In this document: positions 9,299-18,320 of the stretch, piece by piece
Position numbering within the stretch: the first letter of the stretch is position 1
Layout: every line of letters begins with the position of its first letter
DNA from: an uncultured Solirubrobacterales bacterium
GTDB lineage: Bacteria > Actinomycetota > Thermoleophilia > Solirubrobacterales > 70-9
Length of the DNA stretch: 64,000 nt
Reading direction: 5' to 3'
Assembly: GCA_963823565.1 (NCBI GenBank)
Contig: CAWGLR010000002.1
Coordinates: 102,978 to 166,977, forward strand
The notes under the pieces: model-generated
Database searches by the model: none
What the model was told of the DNA's origin: nothing
Seen by the model: only the letters and a program-made list of their open reading frames with translations
Translations under genes and position numbers: made by a program

Positions 9299-11233
9299 TC
9301 AGCCCGAATCCTCGATACGGGCGGCCAGGTCGGCCGCGCTCATCTCGCCGAGGTCGCCGTCGGCGTGGGAGCGGACGGAGGCGGCGCCGGATTCCGCCTC
9401 GCGGTCGCCGACGACCAGCATGTAGGGAACCTTCGCGAGCTCGGCGTCGCGGATCTTGCGTCCCACCGACTCGGCGCGCTCGTCGACCCGGGCCCGCAGG
9501 CCGGCGGCGGTGAGCTCGTCGCGGAGCCGCCCCGCCGCCTCGAGGTGGCGGTCGGCGACGGGCAGGACCGCGGCCTGGGTCGGGGCGAGCCAGTCGGGGA
9601 AGCGACCGCCGTGGTGCTCGATGAGGATCCCGGCGAAGCGCTCCATCGAGCCGAGGAGCGCCCGGTGGATCATCACCGGCCGGTGGTTGGCGTTGTCGGC
9701 GCCCTGGTAGGTGAGCTCGAAGCGCTCGGGCATGAAGAAGTCGATCTGGCAGGTGCCGAGCTGCCAGGAGCGCCCCAGTGCATCGGTCACGTGGAAGTCG
9801 ATCTTCGGCCCGTAGAACGCGCCGTCGCCGGGGTTCACCTCGTAGTCGCGATCGAGGCGCTCGAGGGCGTCGCGCAGCATCTGGGTCGCCTGCTCCCACT
9901 CCTCGTCGCTGCCGATCGACTTCTCGGGCCGGGTCGAGAGCTCGACCCTGACGTCGCCGAACCCGAAGCGCCCGTAGAGCTCGTCGATCGCCTCGACGAT
10001 GTCGATCACCTCGTCCGGCGCCTGCTCGGGCGTGCAGTAGACGTGGGCGTCGTCCTGGGTGAAGGCGCGGACGCGAAGCAGGCCGTGCAGGACGCCCTCC
10101 CGCTCGAAGCGCGAGACCTTGCCGAACTCGGCGAGGCGCAGCGGCAGCTCGCGGTAGGAGTGGCGGTCGGTGGCGAACGCGAGGCAGGCGCCCGGGCAGT
10201 TCATCGGCCGGACGGCGAACCGCTTCCCCTCCGACCGCTCGCGCTCGGCCGGCTCGGCGAAGAACATGTTCTCGCGGTAGTTGTCGTAGTGCCCTGAGCG
10301 GTGCCAGAGCTCCTCGTCGAGGATCTCCGGGGTCTTGATCCGCTCGTAGCCGCGCTTGTCGAGCTGCTTGCGCACCTCGGCCTCGATGAGGTCGAGCAGG
10401 GTCGTTCCCTGTGGCAGCCAGAACGGCATGCCCGGCGCCTCCTCCTTGAAGGTGAACAGCCCGAGCTCGGGGCCGAGCCGACGGTGGTCGTTGGCCCTCG
10501 CCCGCTCGATCCGCTCGAGGTGCGCCTTCAGGTCCTTCTTCGAGAAGAACGCCGTCCCGTAGATCCGGGTCAGCATCCGGCGGGTCTCGTCGCCGCGCCA
10601 GTAGGCGCCGGCGACCGAGTTGAGCTTGACCGCCTCGATCCGCCCGGTGGAGGGCGCGTGCGGTCCGCGGCAGAGATCGGTGAAGGGGCCGTTGCGGTAA
10701 AGCGACACCGTCTCCACGCCCTCGTCTCGGATCAGGTCCTCGATCAGCTCGACCTTGTAGGGCTGGTCCTCCCCGCGGAAGCGATCGAGCGCCTCCGCGA
10801 CGGAGATGTCGGTCCGCTCGAACGACTCGTCGGCGGCGATGTGCTCGCGCATCCGCTCCTCGATGCGCTCGAGGTCGGAATCCGAGACCGTGACTCCCTC
10901 GGGGAATTCGAAGTCGTAGTAGAAGCCGTTCTCGATCGGCGGGCCGATCGAGACCCTGGTCCCCGGGTAGAGCTCGCAGACGGCCGTCGCCATCACGTGC
11001 GCGGCGTCGTGGCGGATCAGGTCGAGCGCGCCGTCGCTCTTGGCGGTGACGATCTCGATCCTCTCGCCGTCGTTGAGGGGCGCGGCGAGGTCGCGCGGCT
11101 GCCCGTCGGCGACGATCGCGAGCGCCGCCCGGGCGAGCCCGGGCCCGATCGCCGCGGCGGCGTCGGCGCCCGTGGCGCCCTCGTCGAGCTCCAGCGGGGA
11201 GCCGTCGGGAAGGTTGACGGTCAGGGTCGGCAT
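9299..11233 (-). CDS. thrS: Threonine--tRNA ligase
   Basis: Intact 644 aa with a TGS domain start (MPTLTVNLPDGSPLEL), the editing-domain HDAAHVMA motif and the class II core (FRNE-like SRFEREGVLHGLLRVRAFTQDDAH, HRALLGSMERF). Confidence 0.97.
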   Translation of the reverse strand: MPTLTVNLPDGSPLELDEGATGADAAAAIGPGLARAALAIVADGQPRDLAAPLNDGERIEIVTAKSDGALDLIRHDAAHVMATAVCELYPGTRVSIGPPIENGFYYDFEFPEGVTVSDSDLERIEERMREHIAADESFERTDISVAEALDRFRGEDQPYKVELIEDLIRDEGVETVSLYRNGPFTDLCRGPHAPSTGRIEAVKLNSVAGAYWRGDETRRMLTRIYGTAFFSKKDLKAHLERIERARANDHRRLGPELGLFTFKEEAPGMPFWLPQGTTLLDLIEAEVRKQLDKRGYERIKTPEILDEELWHRSGHYDNYRENMFFAEPAERERSEGKRFAVRPMNCPGACLAFATDRHSYRELPLRLAEFGKVSRFEREGVLHGLLRVRAFTQDDAHVYCTPEQAPDEVIDIVEAIDELYGRFGFGDVRVELSTRPEKSIGSDEEWEQATQMLRDALERLDRDYEVNPGDGAFYGPKIDFHVTDALGRSWQLGTCQIDFFMPERFELTYQGADNANHRPVMIHRALLGSMERFAGILIEHHGGRFPDWLAPTQAAVLPVADRHLEAAGRLRDELTAAGLRARVDERAESVGRKIRDAELAKVPYMLVVGDREAESGAASVRSHADGDLGEMSAADLAARIEDSG

Positions 11234-11291
11234 GGGCGGGCAATCCTACGGCGCGCGCGAAGGCCGACGGCGATGACGCTGGTGGGACCCC

Positions 11292-12078
11292 TCAGGTGCC
11301 GACCGCGATCACGTTGATCGCCCGGGAAGTCGCGTCGACCTGGCCTGACGAGCCGGCGTTGGCGCAAAGGACACCGACCGTGTAGGTCCCCGCGGCATAG
11401 GTGGGGTTGCCGGCTGGATTGGTGCCGGTGATCGCCAGGGTCGCATCGACGGGCGGCGCGAAGGGGCTGACCTCGGTCGCGAAGGCGGGGCCGAGGTTGT
11501 CGCCGACGCCCTCGGGGCCCGCGGTGAGGGTCGCCTGGCACTCGACGAGGGCCGGGATCACGATTCCCGGCGAATCGAGCCCGACGCTTGCATCGACGGC
11601 GAACCGGCTCGGGAACGTGGTCGTGACACTCGCGCTCAGCACCTGGAGCCTCGTCGGGAGGTCGGGCAGGTCCGTTGCCGCGCTCGCTGAGTCCGATCCC
11701 ATCGCCGTCGGTCCCGGGGGGCCGGCGGGCCCGATCGGCCCAGCGGGTCCCTGGTTTCCGTCAGCGCCGGCGGGGCCCTGAAGCCCCTGCCGGCCCTGCT
11801 TGCCGCGCTGGCCCTGGGGACCCTGCGGGCCGCGCTCGCCCTCCGGGCCCTGGCGGCCGCGCGGCAGCTTGCCGACGACCCGGCAGCGGACCGGCCCGGA
11901 GCCGACCGCGACGCGGGCGGGGCACTTGACCTTGAACTTCCGCTTCGCCTTCTTCGCGGCGAGCTCGGTGCCGTCGATGTTGCGGGTCGGCGGCTCGGCA
12001 ACCGCGATCGCGGTTGCGAGGAGGACGACCGCCAAGGCGGCCGCGAGAAGCGAGGCGAGCGGTCGACGGTCGGGCATC
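11292..12078 (-). CDS. Secreted/membrane-anchored collagen-like (Gly-X-Y) repeat protein
   Basis: The likely start MPDRRPLASLLAAALAVVLLATAIAVA is a signal or anchor sequence. A basic KKAKRKFKVKCP segment follows, then 17 uninterrupted GXY triplets (GRQGPEGERGPQGPQGQRGKQGRQGLQGPAGADGNQGPAGPIGPAGPPGPT), then a ~140-aa C-terminal domain. Confidence 0.75.
11707..11859 (-). repeat. Coding tandem repeat: 17 x Gly-X-Y collagen triple-helix triplets
   Basis: Counted directly from the translation of the 11292..12078 CDS. Confidence 0.85.
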
Positions 12079-12132
12079 GGCGGCGATGCTACGAGCGCGC
12101 CCGGCGCCAAAACCGGCATAAGCTTCTTGCCC

Positions 12133-13215
12133 GTGAGGGCCGTCGCCGCAACCGCGCTCGCGCTCTCGGCGCTCGCGACCGCGGCGGCCGGCACGGCGCC
12201 GGCCCAGGTCCTCTCCCCTCCCCCGCCCGGCCGCGTCTACCAAGCCGCCAACGCCGGCTTCGGCGGCGCCGAGAACCGGGTGAGCGAGCGCCGGATCGAT
12301 CGCTTCGAGCGGCTCGCCGGCACGCGGATCGCCTGGGCCTACTTCTCCAACAACTGGACCGGCGGCATCCACTTCCCGGCTCGCCAGGTCCGGGCGACGG
12401 AGTCGGCCGGCCGGATCCCGTTCATCCGGATGGAGCCGCGCTCGAGCTTCCGGGCCGGCGGGCCGGACCGGCGCTACACGATGCAGAGCATCGTCGACGG
12501 TGCCTGGGACGGCCCCTCCCGCGGGCCCGGCGGGCTGGTCGAGTGGTGCCGCCGGGCCGCCGTCCACGACGGGCCGCTCCTCGTCGAGTTCGGCACCGAG
12601 GTCAACGGCTCGTGGTTTCCGTGGAACGGGCGCTGGAACGGCGGCCGCCGGACCGACGGCTACGGCGACCCGGCCGTTCCCGACGGCGCCGAGCGCTTCC
12701 GCGACGCCTATCGCCACGTCGTCGACGTCTGCCGCGCCGCGGGCGCCTCGAACATCACCTGGTTCTTCCACGTCGACGTCGAGGGCGCGCCGGCCGCCGC
12801 CTGGAACGCCCCCTCCGTCTACTACCCGGGCGACGCCTACGTCGACTGGATCGGCGTATCGGCCTACGGCTCGCTCCACCCGAGCTACCCGTGGCAGAGC
12901 TTCCGGCGGCGCTGGAGCGCCGCCCGCGAGGAGATCCTGGCGCTGGGGCCGAAGCCGATCGCCCTGCTCGAGACCGGGGTGCGCGAGGACTTCCGCCATC
13001 GCGGACGCAAGGCCCGCTGGACGCGGGCGATGCTGCGGGACGTCCGCCAGCGGTTCCCCGAGATCAGGGCGGTCAGCTGGTGGAACGAGCGCTATCGCGA
13101 CGCCGGCGCCACCATCGACCTCCGGGTCGACTCGTCGCGATCGTCGCTGCGGGCATATCGTCGCGGCGTGTCCGCGCCCGCCTACACCGCAACACCGCGC
13201 TTCGCGCCCCGATGA
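12133..13215 (+). CDS. Secreted glycoside hydrolase, GH26-like (mannanase-type fold)
   Basis: Signal-like N-terminus VRAVAATALALSALATAAAG (GTG 12133, or TTG 12127). Motifs AWAYFSNNW, LVEFGTEVNGSWFPWNG, YYPGDAYVDWIGVSAY and LLETG are characteristic of GH26/clan GH-A. Confidence 0.65.
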   Translation: MRAVAATALALSALATAAAGTAPAQVLSPPPPGRVYQAANAGFGGAENRVSERRIDRFERLAGTRIAWAYFSNNWTGGIHFPARQVRATESAGRIPFIRMEPRSSFRAGGPDRRYTMQSIVDGAWDGPSRGPGGLVEWCRRAAVHDGPLLVEFGTEVNGSWFPWNGRWNGGRRTDGYGDPAVPDGAERFRDAYRHVVDVCRAAGASNITWFFHVDVEGAPAAAWNAPSVYYPGDAYVDWIGVSAYGSLHPSYPWQSFRRRWSAAREEILALGPKPIALLETGVREDFRHRGRKARWTRAMLRDVRQRFPEIRAVSWWNERYRDAGATIDLRVDSSRSSLRAYRRGVSAPAYTATPRFAPR

Positions 13216-13647
13216 GCGCCGAGCGCAGGCCCGGCATCGACGGCGTCTCGGGCTGGCTCGGGATTCGCTGGGACGCCGCCGACCGCGTCCGGCTGACGAT
13301 CCGCGACGAGCTCATCAACCCCGCGGGCCTCCTCTCGGGGCCGGTCGCCTACGCGATGCTCGACTACTGCATGGGCTCGGCCCTCTGGCAGAAGCCGGAA
13401 GAAGGGCGAGCGCATCGCGACGATCGGGATCTCGATCAACTACGTCCAGACCGCGCGCGAGGGCGACGTCGTCTGCACCTGCACGCTCGACCGGCGCAAC
13501 GACCGCATCGCCGTGCTCTCCGGCCGCGTCGAGCACGACGACGGGCGCCTCCTCTGCACGGCGATCGGCAGCTTCGCGATCTTCCCCCGCGAACGCCTCG
13601 GCGGGCACGAGCGCGGCCCGGAGGTCCCGGGCCGGGGGAACGACTAG
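13212..13647 (+). pseudogene. PaaI/hotdog-fold thioesterase, single frameshift near 13400-13412
   Basis: MSAERRPGIDGVSGWLGIRWD...NPAGLLSGPVAYAMLDYCMGSALWQKPEEG is in one frame. ERIATIGISINYVQTAREGDVVCTCTLDRRNDRIAVLSGRVEHDDGRLLCTAIGSFAIF... runs to the TAG at 13645-13647 in the next. The span is not divisible by 3. ATGA overlap with the GH26 stop. Confidence 0.7.
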
Positions 13648-15515
13648 CCGATCTCGAAGTCGCAGTCCCCGTTGCGGCCGCCGTTGACGAAGCCCTTCGA
13701 AGCTGGCAGGCGCCAGAGAGTCACCCCCTCTGATACCGCCTCCTCGGTGGCGCGAGCGAACGGCGGGGTCGTCCCTTCGAGCGTGATCGCGAACCGCAGT
13801 CCGCCGGTCGGGCCCTCGTAGCCGATCGGCTCGACGCATCCGGGCCGCGCCTCGCGGATCTCCCAGGCGTAGAACTCGGCGCCGTGCTCGTCGGCGATGA
13901 CGTCGGGAGACGCGAGCAGGAGCATCGGCTTTCCGGCGAAGCGATCGCTGAGCTCACGTACGCCGGGGGTGTAATCCCTTGGGCCGACCGGGGCGTTGCC
14001 CAGGGCGAGCAGGCTCGAGGCGGCGGCGGCGAGGACGAACGCCGCGACGAGGCCGACCAGCGGCAGGGTGGGTGGCTTCGCGGTGGCGTCATCGGCCGGC
14101 GCCAGCAGCCCCCTGATCGAGACTGCCATCGTCAGCGGGGCGGCGATCGCCAGCGCCTTCGCCGTCGTGTAAGGGGTGCTGCCGATCCGCGCCGCGAGCC
14201 AGATCACCGCGGCGGCCCCGAGAGCGGCGAGCAGCGCGGCGGCCCCCCGGCGGACGAGCAATAGGCCACCGGCCGCCAGGGCTGCCGCGCCGAGCAGCGC
14301 CCCGAGGTAGAAGACCGGCGCCGGCACCGCGCCATCGCCGGGCGCCACCCGGAAGTCGCCGCTCGGCCAGACATTGAGGGCCTCCAGCGGGCTGATCTGA
14401 CCGAAGAGGTTGCCGAGCTCGTCGTCGAAGTCGGGGGCATCGCCGGGCCGGCCGCCGTCGGAGTCCCCGGCAGCGGCAAGGCGGGCGGGCGCCTCCGAAC
14501 GCTCCCCGCCCGACACCGTCCCGACCGAGCCGCCGAAGTCGACGATCCGGTCGAGCTCCGGGGCGGCGAGGATCAGCAGCGCGACGGCGCCCGCGAGAAC
14601 GGCCGGGGCAGCTCGGCGGGCGACATCGCCGACCGCCCCGCGACGGCGGACCAGCTCGACCGCGGCCCACAGTCCGAGTGCGCCCAGCGGCCACGCCAGC
14701 CCCGGCGAGCTGAACGCGTAGAGGGCGCCGGCGCCGAGCACGGCGAACGGGATGCCCTCGCGCCAGCCCTCCGGCCGCTGTGCCCCGGGCCCCTCGCGCT
14801 CGACGAGCAGGAAGGCGACGCCGAGCAGGAAGGCGATCTCGAACAGCTCCTTGAACGACCCCTGGGCCAGCAGCGAGGCGGCCAGGTAGGCGAACGCGAC
14901 GAGTCCGGCGACCGCCCAGGCGCGCCACCGCGGCCAGGACGCGGTAGCGGCCAGCGCCGCCAGGGCGGCGATCGCCGGCAGCGCGATCGCGACCCCGCTG
15001 AACGCCGTCGTCAGCTGCCCGGTGACCGCCTCGGCGACGGCCGCGAGCGCGTGCGGCCCGAGCGGATAGCCCTGCTCGTAGAGGCCCGGGGCGGCGCCGG
15101 AGGGATCGGCGAGCCAGCTCGCCGCGAAGAGGTGCTGGGACATATCGACGTTGAAGCCGGTTCCGAGGACCCCGAAGTGGCCCTCGACGGCGAACGGGAT
15201 GCAGCCGATCGCGAGCGCCCCGAGCGCGACCGGCACGCCCTCGCGCGCCGCCTCCCCGAGTCCCTCGAGGCGGCCGGCGGCGAGCGCGCCGCCGGCGAGC
15301 GCGAGCACGGCGACCGCGGCGAGCGCGGTCCAGCCGTGCCCCGGAAGCCGCACCGCCCACCAGGCGACCACGGTGATCGCGCCGAGGCCGATCGCCGGCG
15401 CAGCCCACGACCAGCGTCGGCGGCCGCAGGCGGCGACGACCCCGCCCCCGGCGGCGCTGGAGGCCGCGAGCACCAGGACCGCCGCGAAGAGGGTGGCGAG
15501 CGCGTCGCCGAGCAC
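13644..15515 (-). CDS. Large polytopic integral membrane protein (unknown function; glycosyltransferase-like topology)
   Basis: Intact 623-aa ORF (GTG start) with many Ala/Leu/Gly-rich hydrophobic spans, a central acidic loop and a C-terminal soluble domain. No motif I can name. Confidence 0.65.
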   Translation of the reverse strand: MLGDALATLFAAVLVLAASSAAGGGVVAACGRRRWSWAAPAIGLGAITVVAWWAVRLPGHGWTALAAVAVLALAGGALAAGRLEGLGEAAREGVPVALGALAIGCIPFAVEGHFGVLGTGFNVDMSQHLFAASWLADPSGAAPGLYEQGYPLGPHALAAVAEAVTGQLTTAFSGVAIALPAIAALAALAATASWPRWRAWAVAGLVAFAYLAASLLAQGSFKELFEIAFLLGVAFLLVEREGPGAQRPEGWREGIPFAVLGAGALYAFSSPGLAWPLGALGLWAAVELVRRRGAVGDVARRAAPAVLAGAVALLILAAPELDRIVDFGGSVGTVSGGERSEAPARLAAAGDSDGGRPGDAPDFDDELGNLFGQISPLEALNVWPSGDFRVAPGDGAVPAPVFYLGALLGAAALAAGGLLLVRRGAAALLAALGAAAVIWLAARIGSTPYTTAKALAIAAPLTMAVSIRGLLAPADDATAKPPTLPLVGLVAAFVLAAAASSLLALGNAPVGPRDYTPGVRELSDRFAGKPMLLLASPDVIADEHGAEFYAWEIREARPGCVEPIGYEGPTGGLRFAITLEGTTPPFARATEEAVSEGVTLWRLPASKGFVNGGRNGDCDFEIG

Positions 15516-15536
15516 GTCAGCCGGTGACCGCGGCGC

Positions 15537-15833
15537 TCAGCTCTGCGCCCGCGCCGGGTTCGCCTCTGCCCAGAAGACGATCTGCTCCGTGCCGGCGACG
15601 ACCTCGCCGTCCGCCAGCACGAGCACCGGCACCTCGTCGCGGCCCGTCAGCTCGCGGACGGCCCGGCGGCCGGCGGTGAAGTTGAGGAACGACGGCAGCC
15701 CCGCCCAGCCATAGGAGCGCACGACCCGGGGGTCGTGGCCGGCGTCGCGGAGCGCGTGGTAGGCGATGCCGCAGGGGTGTTCGCCGATGATCGGATGGCT
15801 CGCCCTGGTGTCCCAGCAGACGTAGAGGTGCAC
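15537..15833 (-). CDS. Glutaredoxin/GST-N-like thioredoxin-fold protein
   Basis: 98 aa, MHLYVCWDT...HPCGIAYHALRDAGHDP...LTGRDEVPVLVLADGEVV. A single-Cys HPCG motif and a VP-cis-Pro-like element typical of this fold. Confidence 0.65.
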   Translation of the reverse strand: MHLYVCWDTRASHPIIGEHPCGIAYHALRDAGHDPRVVRSYGWAGLPSFLNFTAGRRAVRELTGRDEVPVLVLADGEVVAGTEQIVFWAEANPARAQS

Positions 15834-15894
15834 GCGGTACGCAGTCTATGCCGGAGCGGCCGGCAGGGGCCCGCCGAGCGCCGGGGTGGACCTG

Positions 15895-15935
15895 ACTTTA
15901 CGACCTATTACGATATATCGCGTTAGTGCGTATAT
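15895..15935. promoter_or_regulatory. A/T-rich divergent promoter/operator candidate upstream of padR
   Basis: tttacgacctattacgatatatcgcgttagtgcgtatatcc contains a direct TTACGA x2 and the perfect 10-bp palindrome CGATATATCG (15911-15920). An AGGAG RBS lies at 15951-15955, before the ATG at 15961. Confidence 0.45.
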
Positions 15936-15960
15936 CCCGGGAACACGAGAAGGAGATCCG

Positions 15961-16503
15961 ATGCACTCACGCAGATACGCCGGCCGCCACTTCAGCGGTC
16001 CGCGATCCCACCACCATCACCGCATGGGCTTCCACCGCGGACGCGGTGGCCCCCGCGCGCGCCGCGGCGACGTCCGCGCCGCCGTCCTCAGCCTGCTCGC
16101 CGAGGACCCGATGCACGGCTACGAGATGATCAAGGCGATCGAGGAGCGCAGCGGCGGCGTCTGGAAGCCGAGCGCGGGCTCGATCTACCCGACGCTCCAG
16201 CTGCTCGAGGACGAGGGCCTGATCGCGGGCGAGGAGGTCGAGGGCAAGCGCCGCTTCACCCTGACCGACGCCGGCCGCGAGGCGGTCGCCGAGCGCGAGG
16301 AGGGCTCGCGCCCGCAGCCCTGGGAGGAGGTCCGCTCCGGCACGCCGGCCGAGCAGGTGTCGCTCGCGCGCTCGCTCCAGCAGCTCAACGCAGCCGTGGC
16401 CCAGGTCCTGCGCAGCGGTGAGGAACCGCAGCAGGCCCGAGTCCGGGAGCTGCTCGACGAGGCCCGCCGCGGCGCCTACGCGGTCCTCTCCGAGGAGGGC
16501 TAG
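15961..16503 (+). CDS. PadR-family transcriptional regulator
   Basis: MHSRRYAG..., with the winged-helix core LLAEDPMHGYEMIKAIEERSGGVWKPSAGSIYPTLQLLEDEGLI. Confidence 0.87.
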   Translation: MHSRRYAGRHFSGPRSHHHHRMGFHRGRGGPRARRGDVRAAVLSLLAEDPMHGYEMIKAIEERSGGVWKPSAGSIYPTLQLLEDEGLIAGEEVEGKRRFTLTDAGREAVAEREEGSRPQPWEEVRSGTPAEQVSLARSLQQLNAAVAQVLRSGEEPQQARVRELLDEARRGAYAVLSEEG

Positions 16504-16599
16504 CTAGCGCCCGGATCGCCCCGGCGATTCGTCGCCGGTCGGGAAGCGAACACCGCTCCCCGACTGGCGATCCGCGAGCCGTCCGACGGCCCGCTCAGG

Positions 16600-18248
16600 A
16601 TGCCGCGCTCGATGGCAGGGGTCGAGACCGCAACGCAGCCCGCCGGCGCCGGCCCGGCGGCGTTCTCCGACCCGGCGCTGCGGGCCTGGCAGCGCACCGC
16701 CCTGGCCGCCGCGGCGGCGTGGCGAACCGGGCCGTTCCTCGTCGCCGCCGCTCCCGGCGCGGGCAAGACGCGCCCCGCGCTCGTGCTCGCCGGGAGCTCC
16801 TTCGGCGCGGGGAGATCGACCGCGTCGCGGTCGTCTGCCCGACCGCGCCGCTGACCCAGCAATGGGCGCTGGCGGCGGCGTCCCACGGGCTCAGCCTTCA
16901 GCCCGACGCCCCGCGCCTGCGCACGCCGCGTGACTTCCAGGGCATCGCGGTCACCTACGCCCGCGCCGCCTCCGCCGCCGCCGGCTACGCGCGGGAGTGC
17001 ACGCCGCGGACGCTCGTCGTCGCCGACGAGGTCCACCACCTCGGCGACGAGCTCGCCTGGGGAGCCGGCTTCGTTCGCGCCTTCGCCCCGGCGTCGCGGC
17101 TGCTGCTGCTGTCCGGCACGCCCTTCCGCTCCGACGACGCGCCGATCCCCGGCATCTCCTACGACCGCGACGGCTTCGCCCGGCCCGACGTCTCCTATTC
17201 CTACGCGGAGGCGATCCGCGACGGCGCGTGCCGTCGCGTCGTCTTCGTTCCCTTCGACGGCACGCTCGTCTGGCAGAGCGGCGAGCGGACGATCGAGAGC
17301 TCCTTCGGCGAGGAGCTCTCGGCGCGCGAGCGGGGACGCCGCTACCGGACCGCGATCTCGACCGACCTGCCGGAGGGGCTGCCGCGGATCCTGCGCCAGG
17401 CCGACACGCAGCTCAGCCGGGTTCGGGCCGGCGGCCATCGCGACGCGGGAGGCCTCGTGGTCGCCGCCGGCAGCGACCACGCCCGGGTCGTCGCCGCGGT
17501 CCTGGCCGAGATCTCCGGCGAGCAGCCGACCGTCGTCCTGCACCAGGACAGCGGCGCCCACGATCGCCTGCGCCGGTTCGCGACTTCGCGCGATCGCTGG
17601 ATCGTTGCGGTCAACATGGTCTCCGAGGGCGTCGACATCCCGCGCCTGCGGGTCGGCGTCTACGCGACGCTCGCCAAGACCGCGATGATCTTCCGCCAGA
17701 TCGTCGGGCGCTTCGTCCGCACCGGCAGCGGCCCCGGCGACGAGAGCTGGCTGTTCCTCCCGGCGGAGCCCGTGCTCCGCGCGCACGCGGCGACGATCGA
17801 GGACGAGATCCATCGGATCGCGCGGCAGGGGCGCGACGACGAGGGCCTGCTCGACGAACCCCCCGAGCGCCGCGAGAGCGAGCGCGGCGAGGACCCGGAC
17901 GAGTTCGTTGCCGTCGCCGCTGACGTCGCCCCGCAGATGAACCTCTTCGGCGAGGCGGGCGACGCCTCCGTCCAGCCCGCCCCCGCGCCCCCTCCACCGG
18001 ACGCCGCCGCCGAGCAGCCCGCCGCGGCCGCGGTGCCGGCGTTCCAGCGCCGCAGGGACCTCCGCGCCGAGCGCCACCGCCTGATCTCCGAGCTTGCCCG
18101 CAAGCGTCGCTGCGAGCATCGCGAGGCGAACCGCTGGATCAACGACAGGGTCGGCATCCGCCGGGTCGAGGACGCGACGATCGCCGACCTCCAGCGCTCG
18201 TGCGACCTCCTCGTCAAGGAGCTGATCAGGGCGACGCGCCCGCGCTGA
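16600..18248 (+). pseudogene. SF2 (DEAD/DEAH, ResIII-like) helicase, single frameshift near 16790
   Basis: Walker A (VAAAPGAGKT) is in the frame of ORF 16600..16854. The rest is in the frame of ORF 16719..18248: RELLRRGEIDRVAVVCPT, DEVHH, LSGTPFRSD, VNMVSEGVDIPRL, QIVGRFVR. One base appears to be missing at ctcgcc|gggag. Confidence 0.8.
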
Positions 18249-18320
18249 GCTCGGCGGCTGCCTGATCCAGATTCGCCCCCCTTTCTCAGCAATCGCCGCA
18301 GCCTGCCGATAGGCAGGGAG

